This document shows positions 8,694 through 18,952 of a stretch of 64,000 nucleotides of DNA, piece after piece. The DNA is taken from contig OY771587.1 of the NCBI GenBank assembly GCA_963674825.1, forward strand, positions 2,208,001 to 2,272,000, written 5' to 3'. Within the stretch, counting starts at the first letter, position 1; every line of letters starts with the position of its first letter. Below the pieces are notes generated by a model. That model was not told the origin of the DNA. It ran no database searches and was given only the letters and a program-made list of their open reading frames with translations. This DNA comes from Candidatus Cloacimonadales bacterium. GTDB taxonomy: Bacteria > Cloacimonadota > Cloacimonadia > Cloacimonadales > JAIOQZ01. A program made the translations under genes and the position numbers.

Positions 8694-9260
8694 CTACACC
8701 TGCTTCTGGAGCACGATCGAGAAGCTGAGTTTTACATCAGGGTGATCCACGATTTTGAAGCCGATGCGCTTTGCCTCGTCGAGCGTGCGGGTGAATTCCT
8801 GTTTGTCGATATGCTGCCGGGGCTCCGCCAGGAAGAGGTGTCCCCCAGGTTTGAGCGCTTGATGTAGCATGGCGAGCGTACGTTTGTAGTCAGGCGTTTC
8901 ATGCAGCATCCAGAAAGCCAATGCGAAATCTGCATTCTCGACATCGCCGATGTTGAATGGACTGCATTGTACTGGTGTGATGCGGCTATCGAGGCCTTTT
9001 CTACGGGCACGCTTCAGCATGCGATCCAGCATTCCCTGCTGCATGTCGATCGAGAAAACCTGTCCTTCATATCCAACCATTTTGGCCATACCGATGCTCA
9101 TGAATCCCATGCCGCAACCCAGATCAAGCGCTTTCATGCCAGGTTTCAGATATTTGCCGTAAAGCTTTTCGGGCTGGTGAAACAATCCACGAAGCGGATT
9201 GTCGAATAAATACGCCATCCAAACGGGGCAGACTCGGCTTGTGTCATTCTTCATTGTCAT
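8694..9260 (-). CDS. Class I SAM-dependent methyltransferase
   Basis: ALDLGCGMG motif; LKPGG. Confidence 0.88.
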   Translation of the reverse strand: MTMKNDTSRVCPVWMAYLFDNPLRGLFHQPEKLYGKYLKPGMKALDLGCGMGFMSIGMAKMVGYEGQVFSIDMQQGMLDRMLKRARRKGLDSRITPVQCSPFNIGDVENADFALAFWMLHETPDYKRTLAMLHQALKPGGHLFLAEPRQHIDKQEFTRTLDEAKRIGFKIVDHPDVKLSFSIVLQKQV

Positions 9261-9326
9261 TATATTCTCCCAATAGGTTTCTTTATTAATGAACATAGTT
9301 CCCTTTTGTTCTTAAAAAAAATGGCG

Positions 9327-9941
9327 CTACTCCATTTTAGCGCCAAGCATTCCAGACCACCCGTGTATCACGAAGCTCATGATCTGTCGACCACTTTCCA
9401 AAGCCTTATCGACAGGTAGTTTATAACGTACTGAATCCATGATAAAATGCACCCACATTGCCCCAATGTAATGTGTCAGGTATTCTGAAGGCCTCTCTGC
9501 CTGAATACCGTATTTTTCCCGGACGGCTTCCACTGATAGCTGCATGATTCGGGCAAACCAGCGAGTCACCTCTTCAGGCAGATCGGAAAGCGAAGAGCCT
9601 TCGGAGTGATAAAGTAGCAGATCGAACATATCGCGATGCGCATAGACGTATTGAATGGGCTTATCCATCAATCGCATATGGTATTCCATATCATGGTGTT
9701 CTGGCCCTTTTTCCACGGTCTCAATGAATTTCTGCCCCAAACGAAGGTTTTCCAGGATTTCGGCAAATATCTCGCAGAACAGCGCGTCTTTGTCCGGGAA
9801 ATAATTGTAAATATTGCTGAGTGTGACATCGGCATCAAAAGCGATGGCTCTCATCGACGCTTTACGGAATCCTCTTTTCATGAATTCCTTGCGTGCGCTT
9901 TCAACGATTGCGTTACGAATATGTTCTTTTTGAATCTGCAT
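9327..9941 (-). CDS. TetR/AcrR family transcriptional regulator
   Basis: N-terminal HTH ARKEFMKRGFRKASMRAIA...NIYNYFPDKDALF. Confidence 0.92.
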   Translation of the reverse strand: MQIQKEHIRNAIVESARKEFMKRGFRKASMRAIAFDADVTLSNIYNYFPDKDALFCEIFAEILENLRLGQKFIETVEKGPEHHDMEYHMRLMDKPIQYVYAHRDMFDLLLYHSEGSSLSDLPEEVTRWFARIMQLSVEAVREKYGIQAERPSEYLTHYIGAMWVHFIMDSVRYKLPVDKALESGRQIMSFVIHGWSGMLGAKME

Positions 9942-10437
9942 AGAAATCTCCTTATCAGAACAGCGATCACTTTTATATCCGCCTGTATGGCTGTCAAGAA
10001 AAAAGAACGCCGATCATGTATGTTTTCTTGCGCCCAGTATACATCGTGCGCTTAACACCGATTTTTATTTACTTTAGGCTGATGGTTTTTAAACGGCTAG
10101 AAATCCTGCGTGCTGCACTCTGACTGCTGTAAATACCTTATTGTGCTCCGAATTGATATGTGATTGTTCAGGCAACAGAGCGAAATCACGAAAAACATTT
10201 GACAAGCAGGCTGATTGGCTGAAAAAGTGAAGTCTTGATATCCTGATAAAAAATAATCAGTTAGATGGAGGTTCTCATTTGGAGTCAGCTGTCCCTAATA
10301 TCGTACGACTCATAAATATAGATGATCATATGACATATCACACGATACGCTTCAACCGCATGAACGACTCCATGATATCCAATATTACAGCAATACAAAT
10401 CAATACACATAGCATAGATAACACAGAAGGAGAATGA

Positions 10438-13400
10438 GTGATGATTGTACGACGGTTCTTATCCGGCTTGTTTCTATCAGCACTCCTGATTCTGGTCTGC
10501 GTTCCGCTTGCAGCACAAGACATGACAGTAAAAAGTCTTGTGGTGGAGGACGTACCGGACGATGATGGTACGGGGTTGCAGATTAGTTGGGAGCCGCTTC
10601 CCAAAGAAGCGCGAATAATTGAGTACAGGGTATATCGTGGCGTAAGCAGCGATTCGCTGTTTTTTATCGGACGTATCCCTGTAAATCCGAAAACAGGTGT
10701 GGCTTCAGATCGTATGTATTTTTACGACAAGAGCTACAACTACTTTCTTGACGTTCGGGCGTCGGGCAAGCTGAAAAAAGAAAAGCAGCAGCCAGAAGAC
10801 AGCCCGCTCTACCAAGAGCTGCCCAAGGACCTTGCGGTTACCGGTCCCATGCTTAAGCATTACCGCATCCTGGGTGTGATCCCCAAGAAGGAATTCTATT
10901 ACCACACGACCAAAGTCGAGCGGGAAGTTCCTGATGAGGAAGATGGAACCGCAGACGCGGAAGAAGAAGGCGATGAAGAAGACGACGGTCCCGACGTGGA
11001 AACCTACGCCGGCCTGGAAATCCGCCAGCTCTCCATGTACAAGAAACTGATCCCGGATCATGATTACTACTACACGGTTCTGGCCGTGAATAAAACCGGT
11101 AAGTTTCTGCCTTACTGCGAACCGCAGAAAGGAGCCCCCCGCAACAACGCGCCGGAAAAGACCAAAGAATTTTATTCGGTGTATGTCAGCGACCTGAACC
11201 GCTTGCAGTTCGAGTGGTCACTTCCGCTGAACAATGAGGACATCCGTACGCACAACGTGTACATGATGCACAAGGACGATCTGCCTCAGTTTGAACAGTA
11301 CGTGAAGCAGATCAAGCAGGAAGAGATGAATCTTCTGGCGAGCAAGATCGACACCAGCGCAGTGATTCCTCCCATCGAGAATCCGGTGGATAATCCTGCG
11401 ACACTGATCTTTACCCGCCCGACTGCTTATCCTTACACTTCCGTCAAGACCTGCCTGGTCGATATCGAGGCTAACGAAGACGGAACCATGCACATCTACG
11501 ACGAAGATAACGGTATCGATGTGCCGTTCGATCCCGCGATGGTTGGCGACTACCTGTTCGTTTTCTCGTTGATCGAATATCCTGACGAAAACTATCCGGG
11601 CTACGAGACATTCTCCGAACCCATCCTGACAAAGACCATTACCGATAGCGATCTGCCGGAACTTCCCGCGATTACCGTTGAGGACAAAGAGAACGACAAG
11701 GGCGATTACAACACCATTTACTGGGGTAAACCGATTGTAAATCTTTCCAAAGCCGTTATCCTCAAGGAACAACGCGAAGAAGATGAAGAAGGTAACCTTA
11801 TCCACTCGAACATCGAGAAATTACTGGTAAACTATGAAATGCAGACGAACAAGCATTACAAGGTTTATAGCATCTACTTCGATGTCTTCGACAAGGACGG
11901 CAACCTGATCGACACGGTAAACGAGTTCTATCAGGACAACAAGATCAAAATCTCATCGTCCAATGGCTACAACCTGAAAGACGGCGTGAGCCTTGCAATC
12001 CGGTTCCATACCGATCACGACGATGAATTGGGTGAGGGCTACACGCTTTCACAGGATCTTTACTTCAACGATATTTCTCGTTCGATGGAACCGGGTGACC
12101 TGATGCATGGCGACGAGATCGTGGACGATTACTACTACATGATCACCAAGCAACCGGCTTCTTCTTCGAATTTCCGCGAAGCAAAGAAACTTACCGGCTT
12201 CATGCGTCAGCTCGACGATACCATTAACTACGAACGCAGCATCTTCAAGGGCGTATCCGAATACGATCTCGAAAAGAACATGCTTCTGGTAAGCCCTCCG
12301 ATGTCCGTTCGCTATGATTATGAAAACGATACTTCGATCAGTATCCCGATTTACGGATCAGTACTCGAAGAAAATATGGAAGACTATCAGGAAACCGTGG
12401 ATGAATACACAGCGAAACGCGATTCGGCTGCGACAGAGCAAGATAAAGAACGATATCAGATGTTTATCGATCACTACTCGGCTCAGCTGAACAATGAAGA
12501 CCTCAAGAAAGCGAGAGGATTCAAAAGCGATAAAAACCGCAATAAATTCATCGCCGGTATCCGCGAACACGCAGCCCGTAATTTCAAGTACAGGATGATC
12601 AAGTCTGACGGACAGGCAGCGTTCAGAATGTCTGAAGTGTATCAGGACGCCAACGGAAACGAGCGTTTCTTCCCGGTTCCAAACTGGTTCGATACATCCA
12701 AATGGGCTATGTTGATCGCGACGGTTATCTTCGGCTTCATGGTGTTCTACATGATTAGCAGAGCACGTAAGGGGCACGATTTCTACCTCAGACCGATCGC
12801 TGGTATCGAGGAAATCGATAACGCGATTGGCCGTGCGACCGAAATGGGACGTCCCATTCTGTTCGTCCCGAGTATGTCGGGTATCTCCGACGTGGCGACA
12901 CTGGCAGCGCTTTCCATTCTTGGAAAGGTTGCCAAGAAAGCGGCTGAATACGATACGAAGCTGATCGTACCATGCCGTGACTACATCGTCATGCCGATCG
13001 CACAGGAAATTGTGAAGGAAGCGCACTACGAGGCAGGTCGTCCGGATACCTTCGATAAAGGAAGCGTATTTTTCCTGACCACCTCTCAGTTCGCGTATGT
13101 CGCTGGTGTTAACGGTATCATGATTCGCGAAAGAACCGCGACGAACTTCTATCTCGGAATGTTCTACGCAGAGTCGCTTATCATGACCGAAACCGGTAGC
13201 AATACAGGTGCGATTCAGATCGCGGGAACTGACGCTGTTACGCAGATTCCGTTCTTCATTACCACCTGTGACTACACCCTGATCGGTGAAGAATTATATG
13301 CGGCCGCGGCTTACCTTGCCCGTGAGCCCCTGATGATGGGAACCTTGAAGGCTCAGGACTACGCCAAGTTCATTATTCTGGCGCTGGTCATCATCGGTAC

Positions 13401-13455
13401 GGCGCTTTCGTCGTCCCACCTGACCTTCTTCATCAGAGCGTTCCCGGATAAATAG
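10438..13455 (+). CDS. Large membrane protein of unknown function: exported Fn3-like region plus conserved C-terminal membrane domain (DUF6754-like), paralog A
   Basis: Signal peptide; LQISW...YRVYRG...YYYTVLAV Fn3-like strands; TM then RPIAGIEEIDNAIGRATEMGRP...QIAGT...TCDYTLIGEELYAA; family name from memory, not searched. Confidence 0.8.
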   Translation: MMIVRRFLSGLFLSALLILVCVPLAAQDMTVKSLVVEDVPDDDGTGLQISWEPLPKEARIIEYRVYRGVSSDSLFFIGRIPVNPKTGVASDRMYFYDKSYNYFLDVRASGKLKKEKQQPEDSPLYQELPKDLAVTGPMLKHYRILGVIPKKEFYYHTTKVEREVPDEEDGTADAEEEGDEEDDGPDVETYAGLEIRQLSMYKKLIPDHDYYYTVLAVNKTGKFLPYCEPQKGAPRNNAPEKTKEFYSVYVSDLNRLQFEWSLPLNNEDIRTHNVYMMHKDDLPQFEQYVKQIKQEEMNLLASKIDTSAVIPPIENPVDNPATLIFTRPTAYPYTSVKTCLVDIEANEDGTMHIYDEDNGIDVPFDPAMVGDYLFVFSLIEYPDENYPGYETFSEPILTKTITDSDLPELPAITVEDKENDKGDYNTIYWGKPIVNLSKAVILKEQREEDEEGNLIHSNIEKLLVNYEMQTNKHYKVYSIYFDVFDKDGNLIDTVNEFYQDNKIKISSSNGYNLKDGVSLAIRFHTDHDDELGEGYTLSQDLYFNDISRSMEPGDLMHGDEIVDDYYYMITKQPASSSNFREAKKLTGFMRQLDDTINYERSIFKGVSEYDLEKNMLLVSPPMSVRYDYENDTSISIPIYGSVLEENMEDYQETVDEYTAKRDSAATEQDKERYQMFIDHYSAQLNNEDLKKARGFKSDKNRNKFIAGIREHAARNFKYRMIKSDGQAAFRMSEVYQDANGNERFFPVPNWFDTSKWAMLIATVIFGFMVFYMISRARKGHDFYLRPIAGIEEIDNAIGRATEMGRPILFVPSMSGISDVATLAALSILGKVAKKAAEYDTKLIVPCRDYIVMPIAQEIVKEAHYEAGRPDTFDKGSVFFLTTSQFAYVAGVNGIMIRERTATNFYLGMFYAESLIMTETGSNTGAIQIAGTDAVTQIPFFITTCDYTLIGEELYAAAAYLAREPLMMGTLKAQDYAKFIILALVIIGTALSSSHLTFFIRAFPDK

Positions 13456-13465
13456 AGGAGGACAG

Positions 13466-14092
13466 ATGAAACGAACCATTCCATTGTTGATCGTGATCAT
13501 ATTGGGTTTTACCTTTGTGGCACAGGTCTTCATTCCTCATAAGATATCCCAGGATTTCTACTTCGAGTGGTACCTGGTATGGACCAAGGCGATGTCGCCG
13601 TTTCTTGTGCTCCTCGGTGTGATGAGTCTTTTTATGATTCATGGAACCAAGATTCAAAGAAGAGCACATGACTGGCAATACAGTATATTCGTGTTTGTGG
13701 GCCTGATCGGTACGGCTGCTGCCGGCTTCATCTGGGGTCGTCAGGACGGTACACCTTACATGTGGATATTCGAGAATATCCAGATGCCGCTCGGTGCGAC
13801 CATGTTCTCGCTGCTGGCGTTTTATATCGCGTCAGCTGCTTACAAGGCGTTCCGTGCACGTTCTATCGAAGCTACCGTGCTTCTGATTGCCGCTATCATC
13901 GTGATGCTGGGTCGTATCCCGCTGGGTGCCGCGCTCAAGATCGGTATCCCCGAGACCACAACCTGGATCCTCAACGTCCCCAACCTTGCTGCAAAACGCG
14001 GAATCGCGCTTGGCGTTGGTCTGGGCATGGTGGCGACTTCATTGAAAATCATACTCGGAATCGAACGCACCTATCTGGGTGGCGGTGATTGA
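13466..14092 (+). CDS. Conserved multi-pass membrane protein, unknown function
   Basis: About 6 hydrophobic helices; TMFSLLAFYIASAAYKAFRAR motif; GAGGAGG RBS. Confidence 0.85.
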   Translation: MKRTIPLLIVIILGFTFVAQVFIPHKISQDFYFEWYLVWTKAMSPFLVLLGVMSLFMIHGTKIQRRAHDWQYSIFVFVGLIGTAAAGFIWGRQDGTPYMWIFENIQMPLGATMFSLLAFYIASAAYKAFRARSIEATVLLIAAIIVMLGRIPLGAALKIGIPETTTWILNVPNLAAKRGIALGVGLGMVATSLKIILGIERTYLGGGD

Positions 14093-14105
14093 TAAGGAGC
14101 GAACC

Positions 14106-15434
14106 ATGAATTTCTTCGATAAACTGCAAAACCTCGACAGGCGATACATCTATATCGTGGTCGCCCTCGCGATTATCATTCCCTTCCTGATTCCGTTCAA
14201 CCAGCGGACCTACACGACCGAGCCGGTCGAGAACATCTACCAGCTCATCGACTCGTACGCCGGTACCGTCAACGAAGACGGAGAAAAGGAATTCCAGGAA
14301 AAGGCTATCCTGATGGTGTTCTCGCACGATGCTGGTACAATGCCCGAGCTCTTCCCGATGGAAATCTCCGTGCTGCGTCACTGTTTCCTGCGCCACGTGC
14401 GTGTGTTCACCCTTTGTTTCACGCCGGTCGCTTCTCCGCTGATGGACTATGCGATTACCACCGTGAAGGAAGAATTCCCGAACATCAAATCAGGTGAAGA
14501 TTACATCAACTTCGGCTACAAACCCGCCGCTCTTTATATGCCGATCGTTCTCGGTATGGGCGATAACATCGCCAAGGCTGTGGAAACGGACGCTGAAGGC
14601 CGTAACATCGAAAACCTCGATGCGATGAAAAACATCACCAACTACAATGAGATGAACTTCATCATCGAATTCTCCGCCTCGACTGCAGGCGTTACCTGGT
14701 ACACATTTGCCCGTGCACGTTTCGGCGCGAAAGTGGGCGCAGGTATCACCGCCGTTATGGCTGCCGACCAGTACCCCTACATCCAGTCGGGTCAGCTTGT
14801 CGGTATCCTGGGTGGTCTCAAGGGCGCTGCCGAGTATGAAGAGCTCGTCGATGTCTTCGCCAATCACAAGCTGGAAGCCAACGGCAAGAACCTGATCAAG
14901 GATCACGACGGCTACCTGATTAAAGTGAAAAAAGCTCAGAATATGGGCCCGACCGAAGACAAGACCTTCGACGAAATCGGCATGTGCATCTACGAGCGTA
15001 AAGACGGATTCCATATCAAAGACGAAAACGGAAACCTGATCAACGCTGAAGACGCACGTCGTATCCGCGACAAAGGCAATAACCTTGTGAAAGTCAATGA
15101 CACGAACCTTATCAAGAACAGCGAAGGCTTCTATATCACCTCTACAATGAAAGAGAAGATCGAAGCCGGAAACGAGAAGCAGATCGGTCGTTTTGACCGC
15201 TACGTACACCTCGGTGACGAGATGTTGCCGGATGGACGTCGGTTCAGTAAGGAAATCGTCAAAGATGGAGAAGAAGGGATCACCATCACCGGCGAAAGCG
15301 TTCTTTATAAATTCAAGATGGCGCGTATCGGCATGAATGCCCAGACCGTTGCCCACCTTATGATCATTTTGTTCATTATCCTGGGTAACATCGGCTTCTT
15401 CCTGCAGAAACGCCGCGAGAAACTTGGTAAGTAG
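14106..15434 (+). CDS. Membrane-anchored protein of unknown function (N- and C-terminal TM helices, soluble core)
   Basis: AAGGAG RBS; DYINFGYKP, QLVGILGGLKGAAEYE, MNAQTVAH...ILGNI motifs. Confidence 0.85.
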   Translation: MNFFDKLQNLDRRYIYIVVALAIIIPFLIPFNQRTYTTEPVENIYQLIDSYAGTVNEDGEKEFQEKAILMVFSHDAGTMPELFPMEISVLRHCFLRHVRVFTLCFTPVASPLMDYAITTVKEEFPNIKSGEDYINFGYKPAALYMPIVLGMGDNIAKAVETDAEGRNIENLDAMKNITNYNEMNFIIEFSASTAGVTWYTFARARFGAKVGAGITAVMAADQYPYIQSGQLVGILGGLKGAAEYEELVDVFANHKLEANGKNLIKDHDGYLIKVKKAQNMGPTEDKTFDEIGMCIYERKDGFHIKDENGNLINAEDARRIRDKGNNLVKVNDTNLIKNSEGFYITSTMKEKIEAGNEKQIGRFDRYVHLGDEMLPDGRRFSKEIVKDGEEGITITGESVLYKFKMARIGMNAQTVAHLMIILFIILGNIGFFLQKRREKLGK

Positions 15435-15445
15435 GGGAGGAAGAT

Positions 15446-16045
15446 ATGTTTGAAGTTGTAAGTAACACAGTAGCGGCTCTTTTGACGTTATCGATCTTCT
15501 CGTTCCTGTATAAGGACAATCCCTTCTACCGGTTCGCAGAGCATCTGTTTGTCGGCGTATCGATGGGTTATGCAATTCCGCTGATCTACGATTCAGTGTT
15601 CATTCCCTACGTTTATACGCCCATTTTCCTTCAGCACAAATACATCATTCTGATCCCGACGCTGTTGGGTCTTCTTTATCTGACCCGTTTCAGCAGAAAC
15701 CTCAGCTGGCTCTCACGCTATCCGATGGTCATTTTCATGTGTTCCACCGGTATGTACGTGCCGCTTTCGATGAACGCGCAGGTTCTTGTTCAGATGCGTA
15801 GCGCAATGCTTCCCATCGACAACATCAACACCGCGCTGATCTTCATCGGAACGGTCACCATCCTTATGTACTTCTACTTCTCGAAGTCACATCAGGGCTG
15901 GTATGGCAGAGTGTCCAAGATAGGTGTCTGGTACATGATGATCGGCTTCGGCGCTTCCTTCGGCTACACTGTGATGGCGCGTATCTCGCTCCTGATCGGT
16001 CGTATTCAGTTCCTGATGGGAGACTGGCTGGGTCTGATAAAATAG
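15446..16045 (+). CDS. Conserved multi-pass membrane protein, unknown function
   Basis: SFLYKDNPFYRFAEHLFVGVSMGY and MIGFGASFGYTVMAR; about 6 TM helices. Confidence 0.85.
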   Translation: MFEVVSNTVAALLTLSIFSFLYKDNPFYRFAEHLFVGVSMGYAIPLIYDSVFIPYVYTPIFLQHKYIILIPTLLGLLYLTRFSRNLSWLSRYPMVIFMCSTGMYVPLSMNAQVLVQMRSAMLPIDNINTALIFIGTVTILMYFYFSKSHQGWYGRVSKIGVWYMMIGFGASFGYTVMARISLLIGRIQFLMGDWLGLIK

Positions 16046-16070
16046 CGGTTCTACCGCATACGATTTCAAT

Positions 16071-16096
16071 CGGAGTGTTCCTGCGGGAACACTCCG
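16071..16096 (+). other. Intra-operon perfect hairpin without U-tract
   Basis: CGGAGTGTTCC-tgcg-GGAACACTCCG. Confidence 0.7.
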
Positions 16097-16132
16097 TTAT
16101 TCGTATCATACCGGAAATGAGGTTGTAACGAG

Positions 16133-18940
16133 GTGAAAATGAGAAGAATCTACCTGCTATTGATCTGCCTGATCGCGGTTCAGTTTCTTTCCGCCGATAT
16201 GTCGGAATATCAGGTTCAGGATCTGCAAGTATCCGACATTCCCAATGACGATGGCTCAGGCCTTATGCTGAGCTGGAACCCCCTTCCCAAAGAAAAGCGT
16301 ATCATCGAGTACCGTATTTATCGCGGTATCTCGCCAGACAGCCTCTTCCTGCTGGGCAGTATCGAAGTGAACGCGAAAACCGGTGTCAGCGGCGATAAGA
16401 TGTATTTCTACGATCGCGGATTCCTCGATTTCGTTTCCATTTATTCTCCCGCTTCAATGAAGCCCGATACGCAGCTCGAATCACCGTACTATCGCCCGAT
16501 TCCACGCGATATAAACGTTTACGGTCCAATGCTGGAGCACTTTTATATTTTGGGTGTGATTATCAACGATGAGTTTTACTACCGTGCCCAGAAGATCGAA
16601 ACGGATGACGGTGTCTCTGCCGGATTGAATCTGTATCAGTTCGACGGACTCTACGCGACAGTGCTTCCCGGAGAAACATATTACTACGCGATCGGCGTGG
16701 TGGACAAAGCCGGCAGGCACTATCAGCCATGCCCGGTTGCGAGCGGTTCGCCCGAGGATAACTACCCGGAGAAGCTGCATCGGTTCGACCCTGTCTATGT
16801 GAGCGATCTGAATCGTCTGCAATTCGAGTGGGACCTGCCGGTTTTCAAGGACGATATCCACTACCACAGCATCTATATGCTCGAAGAGAGCCAACTGGAA
16901 CAGTTCGACAAGTTCACTGAGGCGATCGGTGATACAACACAAACCGTCGAAAATCCGGCACAGCTTGTATTCAGACGCCAGACTGCATTTCCTTACGAGT
17001 CTATGGATATCGCGGAAGTCGAGGTAAAAGACGGCCGTATCGTGGATGAAAAGCATGATATCGATGTGCAGTACGATCCGCAGAAGAAGTACTTCTTCGC
17101 AATCTCGCTGGTTGACTATTACGATCGTGAGACGTTCTCCGATCCCAAACCGCTGGATGTGATTACATCGGAAGATTTACCGAAACTGCCTCCATTTGAG
17201 ATTCGCGATATGCCCAACGACAAGGGTGAATACAATGAATTGTTGTATGCGAAGCCCCTTGTGATGATCTCAGGAGCATCCTACAAAGGCGATAATCAAG
17301 TTGTGCTCAATTACGAAATTAACCTGAACGACGACTATCGTATCAACAACATCTTCTTTGACGTGTACGATCATGAGGGTAATCCTCTGGGTCATATCAA
17401 TGAATTTTACCAGGACAACATCGTGTATGTCGATGTCCCCGACCATGAAACCGTGGAAAAGGGCCTAACTGTAAGGATGAGCCTAAAAACCGGTAAGACT
17501 CCGGTGCCGGAAGATTACATCCTTTCTCAGGACGTCTTCTACAGTTCTGATATCAAAGACTTCCAGATATCACCTCTGAAGATCGGCAACGAGGTTGTGC
17601 AGAATTTTCAGTACAAACTTTATAAGCGCAGCCCGTCAGAGGCCGTGTATCGCACGGCGAAGAAGCTGAGCCCTTACCAGCGTTTCCATGACGACAACAT
17701 TCCGTACGAAACATCCATCTTCAAGCTGGTCAACCAGTTTGATGCCGCGAAGGGACTGCTGCTGGTATCACCAAGCGTGACGGTCTATTTCGATCGCGAG
17801 AAAGAGATGCCCGTTGAGACGAGCATTTTCGGTGATGAAGTCGCGAACTCGATTGAGGAATGGACCAAGGAAGCCGATGCTTATGCCGATTCCGCTGCTA
17901 CAGCGGCAACGGACGAGGAAAAAGCCTATTACGAAGAGGCTGAGAAATACTACCGCGGCATGATCAGCACGCAGCAGGATGATCCGTATATCAGTAAGGC
18001 AAACCAGATCAAGAGCAATCGTAAGCGCATGAAATACCTGTCGGATGAACGCCACAGGATGAAACGCAGCTTCGAATACCAGTTCTGCAAGAGCGACGGT
18101 AGAGGGCGCTTTACGCTCTCCGAACCTTACGCGCATGATGGCGAGACCTTCTTTTTCCCGAAATCGGAGTGGTTCGACACCAGCAAAATTCCTATGCTGA
18201 TCTCGACGCTGCTGTTCGGATTCTTCGTATGGTTGTTCATTATGCTGGCACGGCGTGGGCGCGATTTCTACATTCGCCCAATCGCCGGACTTTCCGAAAT
18301 CGATAACGCGATCGGACGCGCCACAGAGATGGGAAGACCGATGCTATTCGTACCGGGACTCTCATCCATCGACGACGTCGCAACCCTGGCTGGTCTGTCC
18401 ATCCTCGGGCACGTTTCTCGTAAGGCGGCCGAATACGACAGCCGGATCCTCGTGCCTGTGTGCGACTACATCGTATTGCCGGTTGCGCAGGAGATCGTCA
18501 AGGAAGCGTATTTCGAGGCCGGACGTCCCGATGCTTACAACCGTGGCGATGTATTCTTCATCGCGGAACGTCAGTTTGCATACGTCGCTGGTGTGAATGG
18601 TATTATGCTGCGTGAGCGTACCGCGACTAACTTCTTTATGGGTATGTTCTTCGCGGAAGCGCTGATCATGACTGAAACGGGTAACGCAGCAGGTTGCGTG
18701 CAGATCGCCGGAACCGACGCCGTGACCCAGATCCCGTTCTTCATCACCACTTGCGACTACACACTGATTGGTGAGGAACTCTACGCTGCGTCTGCATACC
18801 TTTCCAAGGAACCGCTGACGCTCGGAACTCTCAAGGCACAGGATGCCGCCAAGTTCCTGATCATTCTCTTCACGATCGTAGGAACCATCCTGTCTACATT
18901 CCACCTTACATTCCTCATCAACGCTTTCCCAAGCCAATAA
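16133..18940 (+). CDS. Large membrane protein of unknown function (DUF6754-like), paralog B of 10438..13455
   Basis: Colinear similarity with paralog A, e.g. D.P.DDG.GL..SW.PLPKE.RIIEYR.YRG and identical QIAGTDAVTQIPFFITTCDYTLIGEELYAA. Confidence 0.85.
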   Translation: MKMRRIYLLLICLIAVQFLSADMSEYQVQDLQVSDIPNDDGSGLMLSWNPLPKEKRIIEYRIYRGISPDSLFLLGSIEVNAKTGVSGDKMYFYDRGFLDFVSIYSPASMKPDTQLESPYYRPIPRDINVYGPMLEHFYILGVIINDEFYYRAQKIETDDGVSAGLNLYQFDGLYATVLPGETYYYAIGVVDKAGRHYQPCPVASGSPEDNYPEKLHRFDPVYVSDLNRLQFEWDLPVFKDDIHYHSIYMLEESQLEQFDKFTEAIGDTTQTVENPAQLVFRRQTAFPYESMDIAEVEVKDGRIVDEKHDIDVQYDPQKKYFFAISLVDYYDRETFSDPKPLDVITSEDLPKLPPFEIRDMPNDKGEYNELLYAKPLVMISGASYKGDNQVVLNYEINLNDDYRINNIFFDVYDHEGNPLGHINEFYQDNIVYVDVPDHETVEKGLTVRMSLKTGKTPVPEDYILSQDVFYSSDIKDFQISPLKIGNEVVQNFQYKLYKRSPSEAVYRTAKKLSPYQRFHDDNIPYETSIFKLVNQFDAAKGLLLVSPSVTVYFDREKEMPVETSIFGDEVANSIEEWTKEADAYADSAATAATDEEKAYYEEAEKYYRGMISTQQDDPYISKANQIKSNRKRMKYLSDERHRMKRSFEYQFCKSDGRGRFTLSEPYAHDGETFFFPKSEWFDTSKIPMLISTLLFGFFVWLFIMLARRGRDFYIRPIAGLSEIDNAIGRATEMGRPMLFVPGLSSIDDVATLAGLSILGHVSRKAAEYDSRILVPVCDYIVLPVAQEIVKEAYFEAGRPDAYNRGDVFFIAERQFAYVAGVNGIMLRERTATNFFMGMFFAEALIMTETGNAAGCVQIAGTDAVTQIPFFITTCDYTLIGEELYAASAYLSKEPLTLGTLKAQDAAKFLIILFTIVGTILSTFHLTFLINAFPSQ

Positions 18941-18952
18941 CGAAAACAATAG

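Noticed and set aside
10435..10437. Selenocysteine/readthrough at the in-frame TGA before the operon's first gene
   Set aside because: The downstream gene has its own AAGGAG RBS and an N-terminal signal peptide; no redox motif context or evident SECIS.
14490..15575. Long antisense ORFs (e.g. 14490..15575, 7623..8582, 46943..47827, 33727..34497, 21449..22312)
   Set aside because: They are shadows of well-supported genes on the opposite strand and show no recognisable motifs.
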